A DNA stretch of 64,000 nucleotides, from NCBI GenBank assembly GCA_002011035.2, contig MTLY02000003.1, forward strand, positions 288,001 through 352,000, given 5' to 3'. Positions 18,320 to 27,379 of the stretch are shown here, one piece after another (positions within the stretch are counted from its first letter, which is position 1; every line of letters starts with the position of its first letter). The position numbers and the translations under genes were made by a program. The DNA is from Candidatus Hecatella orcuttiae. Lineage in GTDB: Archaea; Thermoproteota; Bathyarchaeia; Hecatellales; Hecatellaceae. The notes under the pieces are model-generated. The model searched no databases. It saw nothing but the letters and a program-made list of their open reading frames with translations, and was not told where the DNA came from.

Positions 18320-21300
18320 GCCAACAGGAAGCCCAAAAGAAAAACGGCGAACCCTTAACAGCCGTCGCCTACGTGGACACTTCCAAACTCCCCAAAGGTT
18401 ACCGGTGGTCAGGGACACCGGGCCGGTCGGCCATTCTTACGCCCCGCGGCGTGGCGATTCCCCCGCCGGGTCCTAGAGGCTACGAAACCTACGGGTCAGC
18501 GGAAAAAGAGCAGCGAGAATTTGAACGGTTAGCCACGAAAATCGAGATCCGCGGAGGCCCCAAAGCGGGGAGAGCCGTCACCGTCACAGGCCTCGCCCCC
18601 GGCGAAACCGTGGAAGAGGCTGCCCGCCGGGCGGCTAGGGAGCATGTGAAATTGGCCACAGGCAGAGAGCCTAGGGTCCAAATCGTCTACGGAGCCCGGG
18701 TGGCTGCGAGAGGCGGGAGAAGGGTGGTTGAACCCGTAGCGGGGATAGTCCAACCCACTGGCGTACCCGTGTTCGCCTTGAAAGCTGAACTCACCCCGAA
18801 AGCCAAACGGGAAGTCGAAGCCTTCCTAGCGGGAACCCCCTACAAGGAGCCGGAGTTGAGGGAAACACCGGAAGGCGTCGAACTAGCCTACAAGGTGGAG
18901 GAGCCCGGTGAAACCTATTGGGTGGTGGAAGGCTATCCTGAGCGGCGGTTTGCCACCGAGGCGGAAGCCCGAGCCTTCGCCGAACTGGTATCAGGCCCAA
19001 GAGCCGAATTGGCAGCGGACCTAGGAGGCAGGGAGGGGGCGATCCCCCTAGCCCCCGGCATCTTCAAAACCATCGAGGACACCGTGTTCGACCCCGACGC
19101 GCCCATCCTAGGTTATGTGGAAATTCCCCGCAAACCTTTGGCTGTTCACCCCCTCGGAGCCTACCCGGCTCCCTTCACCACTTACAGGGAAGCCCGGCCT
19201 TTTACCAGCGTTTTTGAAACCCCAACCGGGGAAACCATGGTCGAACCCGACGTCTTCGCTGAACCGCCTTCTCTGCCCAAATCCTTAACCGAGCAGCGGC
19301 TTGAGAAGCTTTTCGCCCTAGAGAAAATGCTGGGAGAGCTTGAGGGACCTCCTGAAGAGTTCGCCGCCCTCGGAGCCTACGCCATAGGGGTCCCCCCGAC
19401 CAAGGAGGAGTTTGAGGCTGTCACAGGCTACCGGCCTGAAAGGGAGGCCGCCCAGCTTCTCGGCAGGTCCATAATCGAGTATGAGAAGGCCTTCGCCGCG
19501 CCCGTCTACGGCATCACCGAGAACATCGTTAGAACCGTGGAAGACATCCACGGAGCGGTCACGGGAAGAGAGCTTTTCCCCATCCCCTATGCCGTGAGGG
19601 TGAAGGCTGCCCCTGAAGAATTCCTGTCCCTAGAAGCCCGCGCCGTCACGGGGAGGATTTCGAAGAAAGAACTGGAAGCCGTCGCCGCCTACAGGCCTGA
19701 GTTCAGGTTTGAAGTCGTCCCTGAACTTGAAAAACCCTACACGCCGAAGCCCTACGCCCCCACAGCCTTCCAAGCGGTCCTCACATCGGTTCTGGAAACT
19801 GGAAAACCCCTAGCCGAACCTCCACCTGAAGCCCTCCCAGGTTTGGGGAGGTTGGCTGTCGGCGTTCCCCCCACCGAGAAAGAACTTGAAGCCATCACCG
19901 GCTACCGCCCCACCGTTAGGCCCGTCCTTTCCAAGGAGATGCGGCGGCTGCTCAAACCTGAGATGCGGGGTTACGCGTTGGGCTCCCTTCTCTACGAGGC
20001 CGCGCTGTGGTATGGAATAAGCAAACCCTTGGAGAAAGGGCTTAGGCTCACCTCCAAAGGTATAGGCAAAATAGTTGAATATTATAGGGCTCCCTTCAGA
20101 CCAAGGGTTCCTCCCACAACCAGATACGTTGAACGAGTCCCCGGGGCCCTAGTTAAGAGGGTGGGGTATCCGAAGAGAACTCAGAAAACTTTCCGGGAAA
20201 TCCCCTATACGAGGCTTGGCGTGGAAGACCTTAAAGTGGTCCCTCCTGAAGGGTACAGGCCTCCCTTGGCTAGCCATTTACGGGTCATCGAGGTGACCGC
20301 AAAGCGGCAGGCCAAGCTTCCAGAATATTTCGTGATAACAGCCAAAGACGTAACTGATGTAATCCCATCCAAAGAGGCGGTTTCCCTATTTCCCAAAATC
20401 TTGGGGAAAACCCGTAGAATCCAAGTCCCTCCAACCCAGGCGACGGAGTTCATCTTCAGAATTAAGAAGGGCAGAATCCGGTTGGTGGCGGAGGTTCCCT
20501 CGACCATGCGCGGTGTCCCCATAGCGATGAGGCCTTGGAAGAGGGTAGGGGGTCTACAAGAAACCTTAGGCCCTAAGTTTCGATGGACCCCCGTCAAACC
20601 TAGAGCTAGGGAGATTCTGAAGATTGAAGAAGAGTTCACCAAGGAAGTAGGCTACAAACCTCGAACACCGATTCCCCCCAGCCGCCAAACCTTCCTAGCC
20701 CCGCCTCCACCGGGGAGGCCCTATGAAGCCATACCCGCCCCGCCTCCCTCGGTCATGGAGAAAGCCGTCGAAGCCGTGGACCCCTTCGCCCGGTGGTCCC
20801 CCATCCTAGCCGCCCAAGCCTACCTCCAACCCCGGGTCACGTATCCCAAGGGAACCGACATGTGGGCCCGGTTGGAGGGGAGGTTTAAACTCCCACCCGA
20901 ATACCGAACACCCACCAAGTTAGGCGTAGCCCCCACCCGCAAGCCTAAGTTTAAACCCTACCCCAAACCGTACCCCGCCATCCTCCGCATGAGAAAAAGA
21001 GGGAAACTCTTCGAAAGGGGAACCGTCGGGTTTAATGTCGACGTGGACCGCGCCTTACGCCCCTTAACAAAGATAACCCGCCAACCCGCCCGCAAACCTA
21101 AGGAGGCCCCCGCCGCCGACATCGCCCAAGAGATCTTCCCCAGGATGAGGGAGAGGCCCACCGTCGGGGTTACGCCCACTCCCCGTTTTAAGGTGGCCCC
21201 TGGGCAGAGGGTAGGCGTCATGCCCCGGCAGCTTCTCAGACAGGTTGCTGAAACTGTTCAAATGCAGGTTGAGCGCCCATGGGAGAGAAGACGGATACGC

Positions 21301-21507
21301 CGTCCTCCACCGCTGTTCCTGTTTCCCCCCCGACGTGGGAAAACTAAGAAGACACTCTTGCCTGAATGGCGCTACAAGGAATACCGACACTACATAGGCG
21401 ACCCGTTTCAGGGAATGAGGGGTCCCCTCAAAAACTTGAACGCCTTCTTGGCCGGCAAGAAGCCGGCGAAAAAGAAGGGGAAACGCAAGAAGCGGAGGAA
21501 AAGGTGA
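18316..21507 (+). CDS. 1063-aa Pro/Arg/Glu-rich protein with internal repeats and a basic tail
   Basis: Long uninterrupted ORF; three G(V/R)xxxxxE(L/F)EA(V/I)xxYRP repeats; ends KKPAKKKGKRKKRRKR. Confidence 0.85.
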   Translation: MSQQEAQKKNGEPLTAVAYVDTSKLPKGYRWSGTPGRSAILTPRGVAIPPPGPRGYETYGSAEKEQREFERLATKIEIRGGPKAGRAVTVTGLAPGETVEEAARRAAREHVKLATGREPRVQIVYGARVAARGGRRVVEPVAGIVQPTGVPVFALKAELTPKAKREVEAFLAGTPYKEPELRETPEGVELAYKVEEPGETYWVVEGYPERRFATEAEARAFAELVSGPRAELAADLGGREGAIPLAPGIFKTIEDTVFDPDAPILGYVEIPRKPLAVHPLGAYPAPFTTYREARPFTSVFETPTGETMVEPDVFAEPPSLPKSLTEQRLEKLFALEKMLGELEGPPEEFAALGAYAIGVPPTKEEFEAVTGYRPEREAAQLLGRSIIEYEKAFAAPVYGITENIVRTVEDIHGAVTGRELFPIPYAVRVKAAPEEFLSLEARAVTGRISKKELEAVAAYRPEFRFEVVPELEKPYTPKPYAPTAFQAVLTSVLETGKPLAEPPPEALPGLGRLAVGVPPTEKELEAITGYRPTVRPVLSKEMRRLLKPEMRGYALGSLLYEAALWYGISKPLEKGLRLTSKGIGKIVEYYRAPFRPRVPPTTRYVERVPGALVKRVGYPKRTQKTFREIPYTRLGVEDLKVVPPEGYRPPLASHLRVIEVTAKRQAKLPEYFVITAKDVTDVIPSKEAVSLFPKILGKTRRIQVPPTQATEFIFRIKKGRIRLVAEVPSTMRGVPIAMRPWKRVGGLQETLGPKFRWTPVKPRAREILKIEEEFTKEVGYKPRTPIPPSRQTFLAPPPPGRPYEAIPAPPPSVMEKAVEAVDPFARWSPILAAQAYLQPRVTYPKGTDMWARLEGRFKLPPEYRTPTKLGVAPTRKPKFKPYPKPYPAILRMRKRGKLFERGTVGFNVDVDRALRPLTKITRQPARKPKEAPAADIAQEIFPRMRERPTVGVTPTPRFKVAPGQRVGVMPRQLLRQVAETVQMQVERPWERRRIRRPPPLFLFPPRRGKTKKTLLPEWRYKEYRHYIGDPFQGMRGPLKNLNAFLAGKKPAKKKGKRKKRRKR

Positions 21508-21746
21508 TGGTGTCGAAGAGGTTGGTTAAAATCACCCTCCGAGCCCGCAGGAAGGGGCCCCCTGTTTGCCGGTACTGCCATCGACCCCTCCAGCCTAGGG
21601 AACGGGCCTGGAGGTATGTCACCCGATATGGCGTCGTCTACGCTTGCCCAACCTGTGAGGAAAACCCGGTCATCACCCCTGTGCTCCCCGTTCCCCGCAA
21701 AAAGAAACCCGTTCAGGTGGAACTACCGCTTGGAAGGCCCTCTTAA
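21507..21746 (+). CDS. Small zinc-finger protein
   Basis: CRYC..CPTC; ATG overlaps the upstream TGA. Confidence 0.6.
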   Translation: MVSKRLVKITLRARRKGPPVCRYCHRPLQPRERAWRYVTRYGVVYACPTCEENPVITPVLPVPRKKKPVQVELPLGRPS

Positions 21747-22068
21747 AGCCCAAGAGGAAAGGCTGCGGAGAGAGTTGCGGAGGCTTGAACGCAGCCTAGG
21801 CCTAGTTCCAGGTGAGTTACGCCTAGAATGGATGCCGACGGAAGACGGAAAAGAAAACGACGGTGAAGTGAAAGGGGGAACTGTCCGCATTTATGCTAAA
21901 GATTTTAAAAAGGCCAAACAGACCCTCAAACATGAGTTAGTGGACTTGGTCCTGTCAAGGTATGAGCAGCCTTGGAGGGACTTGGCTTTCACCCTTCTTG
22001 AAAACTTCACCAAGTCCCAATATCGACGAAAGGAGGCTTTGGTCGAACGGCTTTGCAACCTAATTTAG
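21730..22068 (+). CDS. Minimal zincin-like protein with degenerate HExxD motif
   Basis: GEVKGGTVRIY..TLKHELVD. Confidence 0.55.
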   Translation: MEGPLKAQEERLRRELRRLERSLGLVPGELRLEWMPTEDGKENDGEVKGGTVRIYAKDFKKAKQTLKHELVDLVLSRYEQPWRDLAFTLLENFTKSQYRRKEALVERLCNLI

Positions 22069-22156
22069 GCGGAAAGGCGGCCCTCCAAAAAGGGCCAAGG
22101 GTCGGCCTCCCTTTTCCCTTGGTTTGGCCATGGCCCACCGCCCCGCAAACAAGGAG

Positions 22157-23065
22157 ATGGTGAAACTGGAAGTGGTTGAAGAGGAGGTTGAAGAGGAAAA
22201 GGGCTTAGCCGCCGCCAGCCTCTTCCGGCAAGCCTATAAGAACCATGGCTACGTGCAGCTTTTCATCATCGGCCCCCAAGGCGTAGGCAAGACCACCTAC
22301 TCCTTGCAAATAGCTTGGGAAGTCTACCGGAGCCTCCACCCGCAACTAACCGACCAAGAAGTTTGGGACCTAGTCTTAGACCGGCTTTTCTTCGACGTTC
22401 GCCCTTCCATCGCCCTGTTCCGGTGGGCTCGGCAACACGGCAAACGCATCCCCCTGGTAATCTACGATGACGTAGGCGTCCACCTGTCCAAGTACACTCC
22501 GTTTCAGAAGGGAGGCTACGGGGTGGTGAAGGCTGTGGCCTCTCTCTTCGACACCATAAGAACCATCTGTAACGGTGTGATCATCACCAGCCCTAAGCTT
22601 CACAGCATAAAAGCGGTGCAGGAGCTTTCCTGGTACAAGGCTAAAATCTTCAAAACCGATGACGGCCTAATCCGCCAAGCTAAGGTTTGGGAGTACACCG
22701 AGGAAGTGTGGGGGGACCCTTGGCATTCATGCATAATAACGGATGACTTCTACCTGTGGCTCCCTCCCGACGTGAGAAAACGCTATGAAGAAAAACGAGG
22801 GGAAACCGTCGACGCCATCTTGGATGAGTGTGAACGAGCCCTAACCAAGACTCCGAGATATACTTTAAATTGCTGTGAAGTATATGAGCTATACCGGGAA
22901 TGTGGTAACTTGAGAGAAACAGCTAGAAGGTTGAATAAGCCTTATTCAACCATCCAGGGAGCCTTAGACCGCCACCGCCGACACACAGGGATGAACGACG
23001 ACGCCTCAAGGGTTTATGGTAATGCTCCCGGAAAAATCCACATTCCTGAAGAATCAAAAAATTGA
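22157..23065 (+). CDS. Fusellovirus B251-like ATPase with C-terminal HTH
   Basis: IIGPQGVGKTTYSLQIAWEVY..LFFD..RIPLVIYDDVGVHLSKY..IRTICNGVIITSP resembles SSV1 B251 as recalled; GNLRETARRLNKPYSTIQGAL HTH. Confidence 0.7.
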   Translation: MVKLEVVEEEVEEEKGLAAASLFRQAYKNHGYVQLFIIGPQGVGKTTYSLQIAWEVYRSLHPQLTDQEVWDLVLDRLFFDVRPSIALFRWARQHGKRIPLVIYDDVGVHLSKYTPFQKGGYGVVKAVASLFDTIRTICNGVIITSPKLHSIKAVQELSWYKAKIFKTDDGLIRQAKVWEYTEEVWGDPWHSCIITDDFYLWLPPDVRKRYEEKRGETVDAILDECERALTKTPRYTLNCCEVYELYRECGNLRETARRLNKPYSTIQGALDRHRRHTGMNDDASRVYGNAPGKIHIPEESKN

Positions 23066-23077
23066 ATATGCTACGTT

Positions 23078-23186
23078 GGGGCCGTGGGCTAGCCTGGTCT
23101 ATGCTTGGTGGCTTGGGCCCACCAGATCGCCGGTTCAAAAGGGCGCAGGCGAAGGCTGAGCCCTGAAACTCCGGCCGGCCCCACCA
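23078..23186 (+). tRNA. tRNA-Pro(TGG) with a 30-nt T-loop intron (23140-23169), encoded CCA; contains attR
   Basis: Acceptor ggggccg/cggcccc, anticodon arm ggtgg-cttgggc-ccacc, canonical BHB (ttca/tgaa helix, bulges aaa and act). Confidence 0.92.
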
Positions 23187-23254
23187 CAGAGCTGAAGTTT
23201 TCCAAGCCTAGGCCCAAAAAACTTTAAGGTTCAGGGCGGCTCTGATCTAATCGC

Positions 23255-23407
23255 GCCGGGGTCGCCTAGAAGCACCCCTAAAGGGTGTTGGGAAACCTGG
23301 TAGGGCGCAGTTCCCGCGCGAAGGGAGCCCAAGCCTGCTAACCGGCTGAGGCAGCGAGTCTGTGGCTCGTTGGAGCCTCATGGGTTCAAATCCCATCCCC
23401 GGCGCCA
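23255..23407 (+). tRNA. tRNA-Ser(GCT) with three introns (23270-23295, 23311-23332, 23341-23356)
   Basis: Removing the three segments gives a canonical cloverleaf GCCGGGGUCGCCUAGCCUGGUAGGGCGCAGGC-CUGCUAA-GUCUG with long variable arm, T arm and GCCA. Confidence 0.85.
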
Positions 23408-23477
23408 CCAACCCCACCCCTGAGGGTTGCAGCCGGGCAGCCGGCTTGCTGTCTGTTTCTGTCTCTCCAAAAAAAAA

Positions 23478-23509
23478 GCTATACCATATTTGGCCAAATA
23501 TGGTATAGC
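23478..23509. repeat. Perfect 32-bp palindrome next to an A9 run
   Basis: gctataccatatttgg|ccaaatatggtatagc. Confidence 0.9.
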
Positions 23510-23533
23510 CGGCGTGGGGGTTCTTCCAAGGGC

Positions 23534-23821
23534 TCAGCTTATCTTCGCGGGTTTAAACCTAGGAAGTCTGATGGACTGGTAGGTTCTTTTCCCAACCCAG
23601 CTGGAGAGCAGAACTCTGGTGCTGACCCTGTCCCTCACCGTCCGGTATCCGAGGATGAGGGTTACCTTCCCGTTTTCATGCCGGCAGGAAAAGATTTTAG
23701 CGTGGCGCTTCAGTCTGCAGGTAAGCCTGTAGAGTTCAGCTAAGCCTATGGAGGGGAAAACCTCCTTCCAAACCTCCAGTTTCTCCCGAACCTTCCTCCG
23801 GAGGCTGGGCTTCCGAGACAT
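23534..23821 (-). CDS. Basic hypothetical protein
   Basis: 95-aa ORF with TATA-like ttataa about 30 nt upstream. Confidence 0.5.
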   Translation of the reverse strand: MSRKPSLRRKVREKLEVWKEVFPSIGLAELYRLTCRLKRHAKIFSCRHENGKVTLILGYRTVRDRVSTRVLLSSWVGKRTYQSIRLPRFKPAKIS

Positions 23822-23994
23822 GGGTAACCGAAGCTTATACCCCTCCGAGGCTTATAAGTTGCTATTTAACACCTGTAAAACACTCGGCCGAAAAGGTTCC
23901 TGAAAGCTCGCAGGGAAGGGAAACGTTTAATTTCGTTCCCCGCCCACTATAAGGTCCAGTTGGCAGCGGAGCCAAAACTGGAAGTGAAAGCCCC

Positions 23995-25164
23995 TTGAAG
24001 GAAATGGCGGAGAGAGGCAGAACCCTCACCCGGCCCCTCTACCGGGAGCTAAAGGACTACGCCGCCCAGCTGGGAATCCGGGACATGATCTACCTCAACA
24101 TAGGGGAGCCTGATTTCCCCACGCCTCTGCCCATCGTGGAAGCGGCTAAGAAGGCGATGGACGAAGGCTTCACCCACTACACCGAGGAGCGGGGAATCCT
24201 CGAGCTGAGGGAAGGCATAGCTGAAAGGCTGAAGGCTGAAAAAGGATTGGACATAGACCCCAAAGAAGGCATCCTCATAACCAACGGAAGCTCCGACGCC
24301 ATTTTCCTCACCATCCTAAGCCTCGTAGACCCCGGGGACGAAGTAGTTCTCCCCGAACCCTACTACCCGCCCTTCCTCTCAGCCATCAAGCTGGCCTCCG
24401 GAAAGCCAGTGACGCTTCCCCTGAACAGAGACACCCTCACCCTCGAGCCTGACCAGGTGGCAGCCGCGGTGGGGGCGAAGACCAAGCTCATGGTGGTCAA
24501 CAGCCCCTGCAACCCCACGGGCATGGTCTACGGGAAAGACGTCCTCAAAGCTGTGGCGGAGCTGGCTGTGGACCACGATTTTTATGTGGTCTCCGACGAG
24601 GTCTACGACAGGTTCGTCTACGACGGAGCGGAAAGCCTCAGCATAGCCGCCTTCCCGGGGATGACGGAGCGAACCCTCATCCTCAACAGCTTCTCCAAAA
24701 CCTACGCCATGACCGGGTGGAGGATAGGCTACGTGGCCGGAGACGGGCAGAGGGTCTCCCGAATCCTCCGGGTGAAGGGCGCGGGAAACGTCTGCCCCAA
24801 CTCCATAGCCCAGAAGGCAGCCGTGGCCGCGTTGAGGGAGGGAGAACCCTACGTGGCTCGGATGCTGAAGGAATACGCGGAGCGAAGACAGCTGGTCTGG
24901 GAAGCCCTACAGCGGCTGCCTGCCTTCCGATGCCCCAAACCCCAAGGCGCCTTCTACTTGCTCCCCGATGTCTCCGCTGTCGAAAAGGACTCCCTCAAGT
25001 TTGCGAAATACCTCATCAAGGAAGCCCACGTGGTGGTGGGTCCGGGGGTAGCCTTCGGCCCCAGCGGAGAAGGCCGCATCAGAATCTCCTACTCAGCCTC
25101 CAAGGAAAACCTAACCCAAGCCTTTGAGAGGCTCAGGCAGGCTGTGGAAAACTACGGAGGCTGA
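23995..25164 (+). CDS. Class I/II PLP aminotransferase (AspC-like)
   Basis: GEPDF, NSPCNPTG, SDEVY, SFSKTYAMTGWRIG. Confidence 0.92.
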   Translation: MKEMAERGRTLTRPLYRELKDYAAQLGIRDMIYLNIGEPDFPTPLPIVEAAKKAMDEGFTHYTEERGILELREGIAERLKAEKGLDIDPKEGILITNGSSDAIFLTILSLVDPGDEVVLPEPYYPPFLSAIKLASGKPVTLPLNRDTLTLEPDQVAAAVGAKTKLMVVNSPCNPTGMVYGKDVLKAVAELAVDHDFYVVSDEVYDRFVYDGAESLSIAAFPGMTERTLILNSFSKTYAMTGWRIGYVAGDGQRVSRILRVKGAGNVCPNSIAQKAAVAALREGEPYVARMLKEYAERRQLVWEALQRLPAFRCPKPQGAFYLLPDVSAVEKDSLKFAKYLIKEAHVVVGPGVAFGPSGEGRIRISYSASKENLTQAFERLRQAVENYGG

Positions 25165-25192
25165 ACCTCCACCCTTCCAAGGGGGGCGCTGT

Positions 25193-25777
25193 TTGAAGCT
25201 ATTGGTCCTCAACAATAAGAGTGAAACCTTGGAGCAGCTTTTAGGCTTTCTCGAAGACCGCGGCCTCTCCTACCATGTCAAAACCCCCATGGAGCCCCTC
25301 AGCCTTCAAAACTACCAAGGCGTCATCATCTCCGGAGGAGTCCTCCCGGGCGGCCGGTACAGGGAGATGTTAGAATGGTACAGGCGGCTTCTGAACTCCA
25401 CACTTCTCCCCACCTTGGCCATCTGCCTCGGGCTGAGGATTCTCGGCTACTGCTACGGCTCCAGGATGAGGAGGCTGGAGAAGGCGGAAAAGGGAGTGGT
25501 AACCCTCCGCTTTTTCCGAGAGTTCCCCCTAACCCCCGGGAGAAAGGAGCTGACAGTCTACGAGGACCACGACTATGAGCTTCTCTCCCTCCTCGAGCCT
25601 CTGGAAAACCACGCCAGCTCCCCCACCTCCAAGATTCAAGCTGTGAAACACAAGGCCAAACCTCTCTTCGGAGTTCAGTTTCACCCCGAGGTGGCAGCTG
25701 GAAACGAAGGCTCCATTGTTCTAGAAAACTTTGTAAAACTGTGCTCTGAAAGGCAACCCAGCCCCGGTGGCTCCTGA
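25193..25777 (+). CDS. Class I glutamine amidotransferase (GMP synthase A-like)
   Basis: VIISGG, AICLG, GVQFHPE. Confidence 0.8.
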   Translation: MKLLVLNNKSETLEQLLGFLEDRGLSYHVKTPMEPLSLQNYQGVIISGGVLPGGRYREMLEWYRRLLNSTLLPTLAICLGLRILGYCYGSRMRRLEKAEKGVVTLRFFREFPLTPGRKELTVYEDHDYELLSLLEPLENHASSPTSKIQAVKHKAKPLFGVQFHPEVAAGNEGSIVLENFVKLCSERQPSPGGS

Positions 25778-25841
25778 GGCAAGTGAAGCCGGTATCTTCA
25801 TGTCCCCTGAACAAGCTTAGAAAATAGGGGAGGCAGCGGAA

Positions 25842-26627
25842 CTGGGCGAGGAAATCCGAGAAGGCGACGACGTGGTCCTATACTTGGATGGGAGAAGAAG
25901 GTACCTAACTCGGGTTAAGAGAGGCAGCACCCTCCACACCCACAAAGGCTACTTGGCCCACGACGACCTGATAGGCAAGGCCTTCGGCTCCCCCATCCAG
26001 AGCAGCCTAGGAGCCCGGTTCGTAGCCCTTAAGCCCACCCTCAGGGACTACCTCCGGAAGCTGGCAAGGAGAACGCAGGTCATGTACCCCAAGGACATGG
26101 CCCTCCTCCTGGTCTACGCCAACATAGGCCCAGGGGCCAGGGTTGTGGAAGCCGGCACGGGCAGCGGAGCCTTAACCAGCCTTCTAGCCTTCTACGTCAA
26201 GCCGGAGGGCAGAGTTTACAGCTACGAAACCCACGGCGAGTTCCTTGAAACTGCGCGGAGAAACTTGGAGAGAACAGGCCTCCTGGAGTTTGTCACCCTC
26301 AAGGAGGGGGATGTCACCCAAGGCATCGAGGAAACCCAGGTAGACGCTGTGGTGTTAGACCTAGCCACCCCCTGGCTGGTGGTCCCCTACGCCTTCAAGG
26401 CTTTGAAACCCAGCGGAGCCTTCGCCTCCTTCAGCCCCACCATTGAGCAAGTGGTGAAAACCGTGGAAGTCTTGAACCACCATGGATTCGTGGACTTGGA
26501 AACGGTGGAGTGCATGACCCGGAGGTATCAGGTGGAAAGGGGGAGAACACGGCCTGAAACCTTAGCCGTAGCCCACACAGGCTATCTGACCTTCGGCCGA
26601 AAAGCCGTCTCACAACATGGGGAGTAA
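25842..26627 (+). CDS. trmI: tRNA (adenine57/58-N1)-methyltransferase
   Basis: TQVMYPKD, VVEAGTGSG, LDLATPW, HTGYL; probable CTG start at 25842. Confidence 0.92.
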   Translation: MGEEIREGDDVVLYLDGRRRYLTRVKRGSTLHTHKGYLAHDDLIGKAFGSPIQSSLGARFVALKPTLRDYLRKLARRTQVMYPKDMALLLVYANIGPGARVVEAGTGSGALTSLLAFYVKPEGRVYSYETHGEFLETARRNLERTGLLEFVTLKEGDVTQGIEETQVDAVVLDLATPWLVVPYAFKALKPSGAFASFSPTIEQVVKTVEVLNHHGFVDLETVECMTRRYQVERGRTRPETLAVAHTGYLTFGRKAVSQHGE

Positions 26628-26650
26628 ACCAAGCCTTCCCTGAGAAAGTT

Positions 26651-27334
26651 TCAGAGGTGCAGACCGCATTCTTTTTTGTCCCTACCCCTCCACCTCCCAG
26701 CCCGAGGGTCTTCGCCGGGAGCCACGGGTGTGGTGCACAGGGTGCAGCCGATGCTGGGGTAGTTTCGGTCGTGGAGAGGGTTGTAAGGAACATGGTTTTC
26801 GGTGATGTATTTCCAAACATCCTTGAAAGTCCAGTGGACGAGGGGGTTCACCTTCACCAAGCCGAATTTTCTATCCCTTTCCACCACGGCTGCGCTGGCT
26901 CGGGTGGGCGACTGCTCCCGCCTTATCCCCGTCACCCAAGCTTCCAGCCCCGCCAGCGCCTTCTTCAGCGGTTCAACTTTCCTGATCTGGCAGCACAAGT
27001 CCGGGTTCCGCTGGTAGAGGTTTTCACCGTAGAGCTCCCTCTGCCTCTCGAGGGTGAGCTCGGGGGCGTATCGTTCAGGTTTGATGCCGTATTTTTCCGC
27101 AGCCTTCTCTATCAGTTCGTAGGTTTCCTTGAAGAGGAGGCCTGTGTCGATGTAGAAAACCCTCATCCGGGGGGTCATCTTGGAGATCATGTCCAACAGG
27201 ACCATGTCCTCGGCTCCGAAACTGCAGGCGAAGGCTATGGTCGGATAAAACCTGTCCAACGCCCACCGGAGAGTCTGCTGGGGAGGCTGACCTTCAAACT
27301 TTCTGCGCAGTTCCTCCAACTCCTCATCCTTCAT
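26651..27334 (-). CDS. cysH: APS/PAPS reductase, [4Fe-4S] type
   Basis: SFGAED, DTG, CCQIRKVEPL, SIGCTLCT, C-terminal KECGLH. Confidence 0.92.
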   Translation of the reverse strand: MKDEELEELRRKFEGQPPQQTLRWALDRFYPTIAFACSFGAEDMVLLDMISKMTPRMRVFYIDTGLLFKETYELIEKAAEKYGIKPERYAPELTLERQRELYGENLYQRNPDLCCQIRKVEPLKKALAGLEAWVTGIRREQSPTRASAAVVERDRKFGLVKVNPLVHWTFKDVWKYITENHVPYNPLHDRNYPSIGCTLCTTPVAPGEDPRAGRWRGRDKKECGLHL

Positions 27335-27379
27335 CTTCCCCGCCTCTTTTCCACCGGATATCTTCAACAGTTTCCCCTC

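Larger units (their letters stand above)
10273..23098. mobile_element. ~12.8 kb integrated element (provirus, satellite or integrative plasmid) at the 5' end of tRNA-Pro
   Basis: 21-bp direct repeat ggggccgtgggctagcctggt at 10273-10293 and 23078-23098; integrase adjacent to the left repeat; replication and recombination cargo. Confidence 0.92.
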
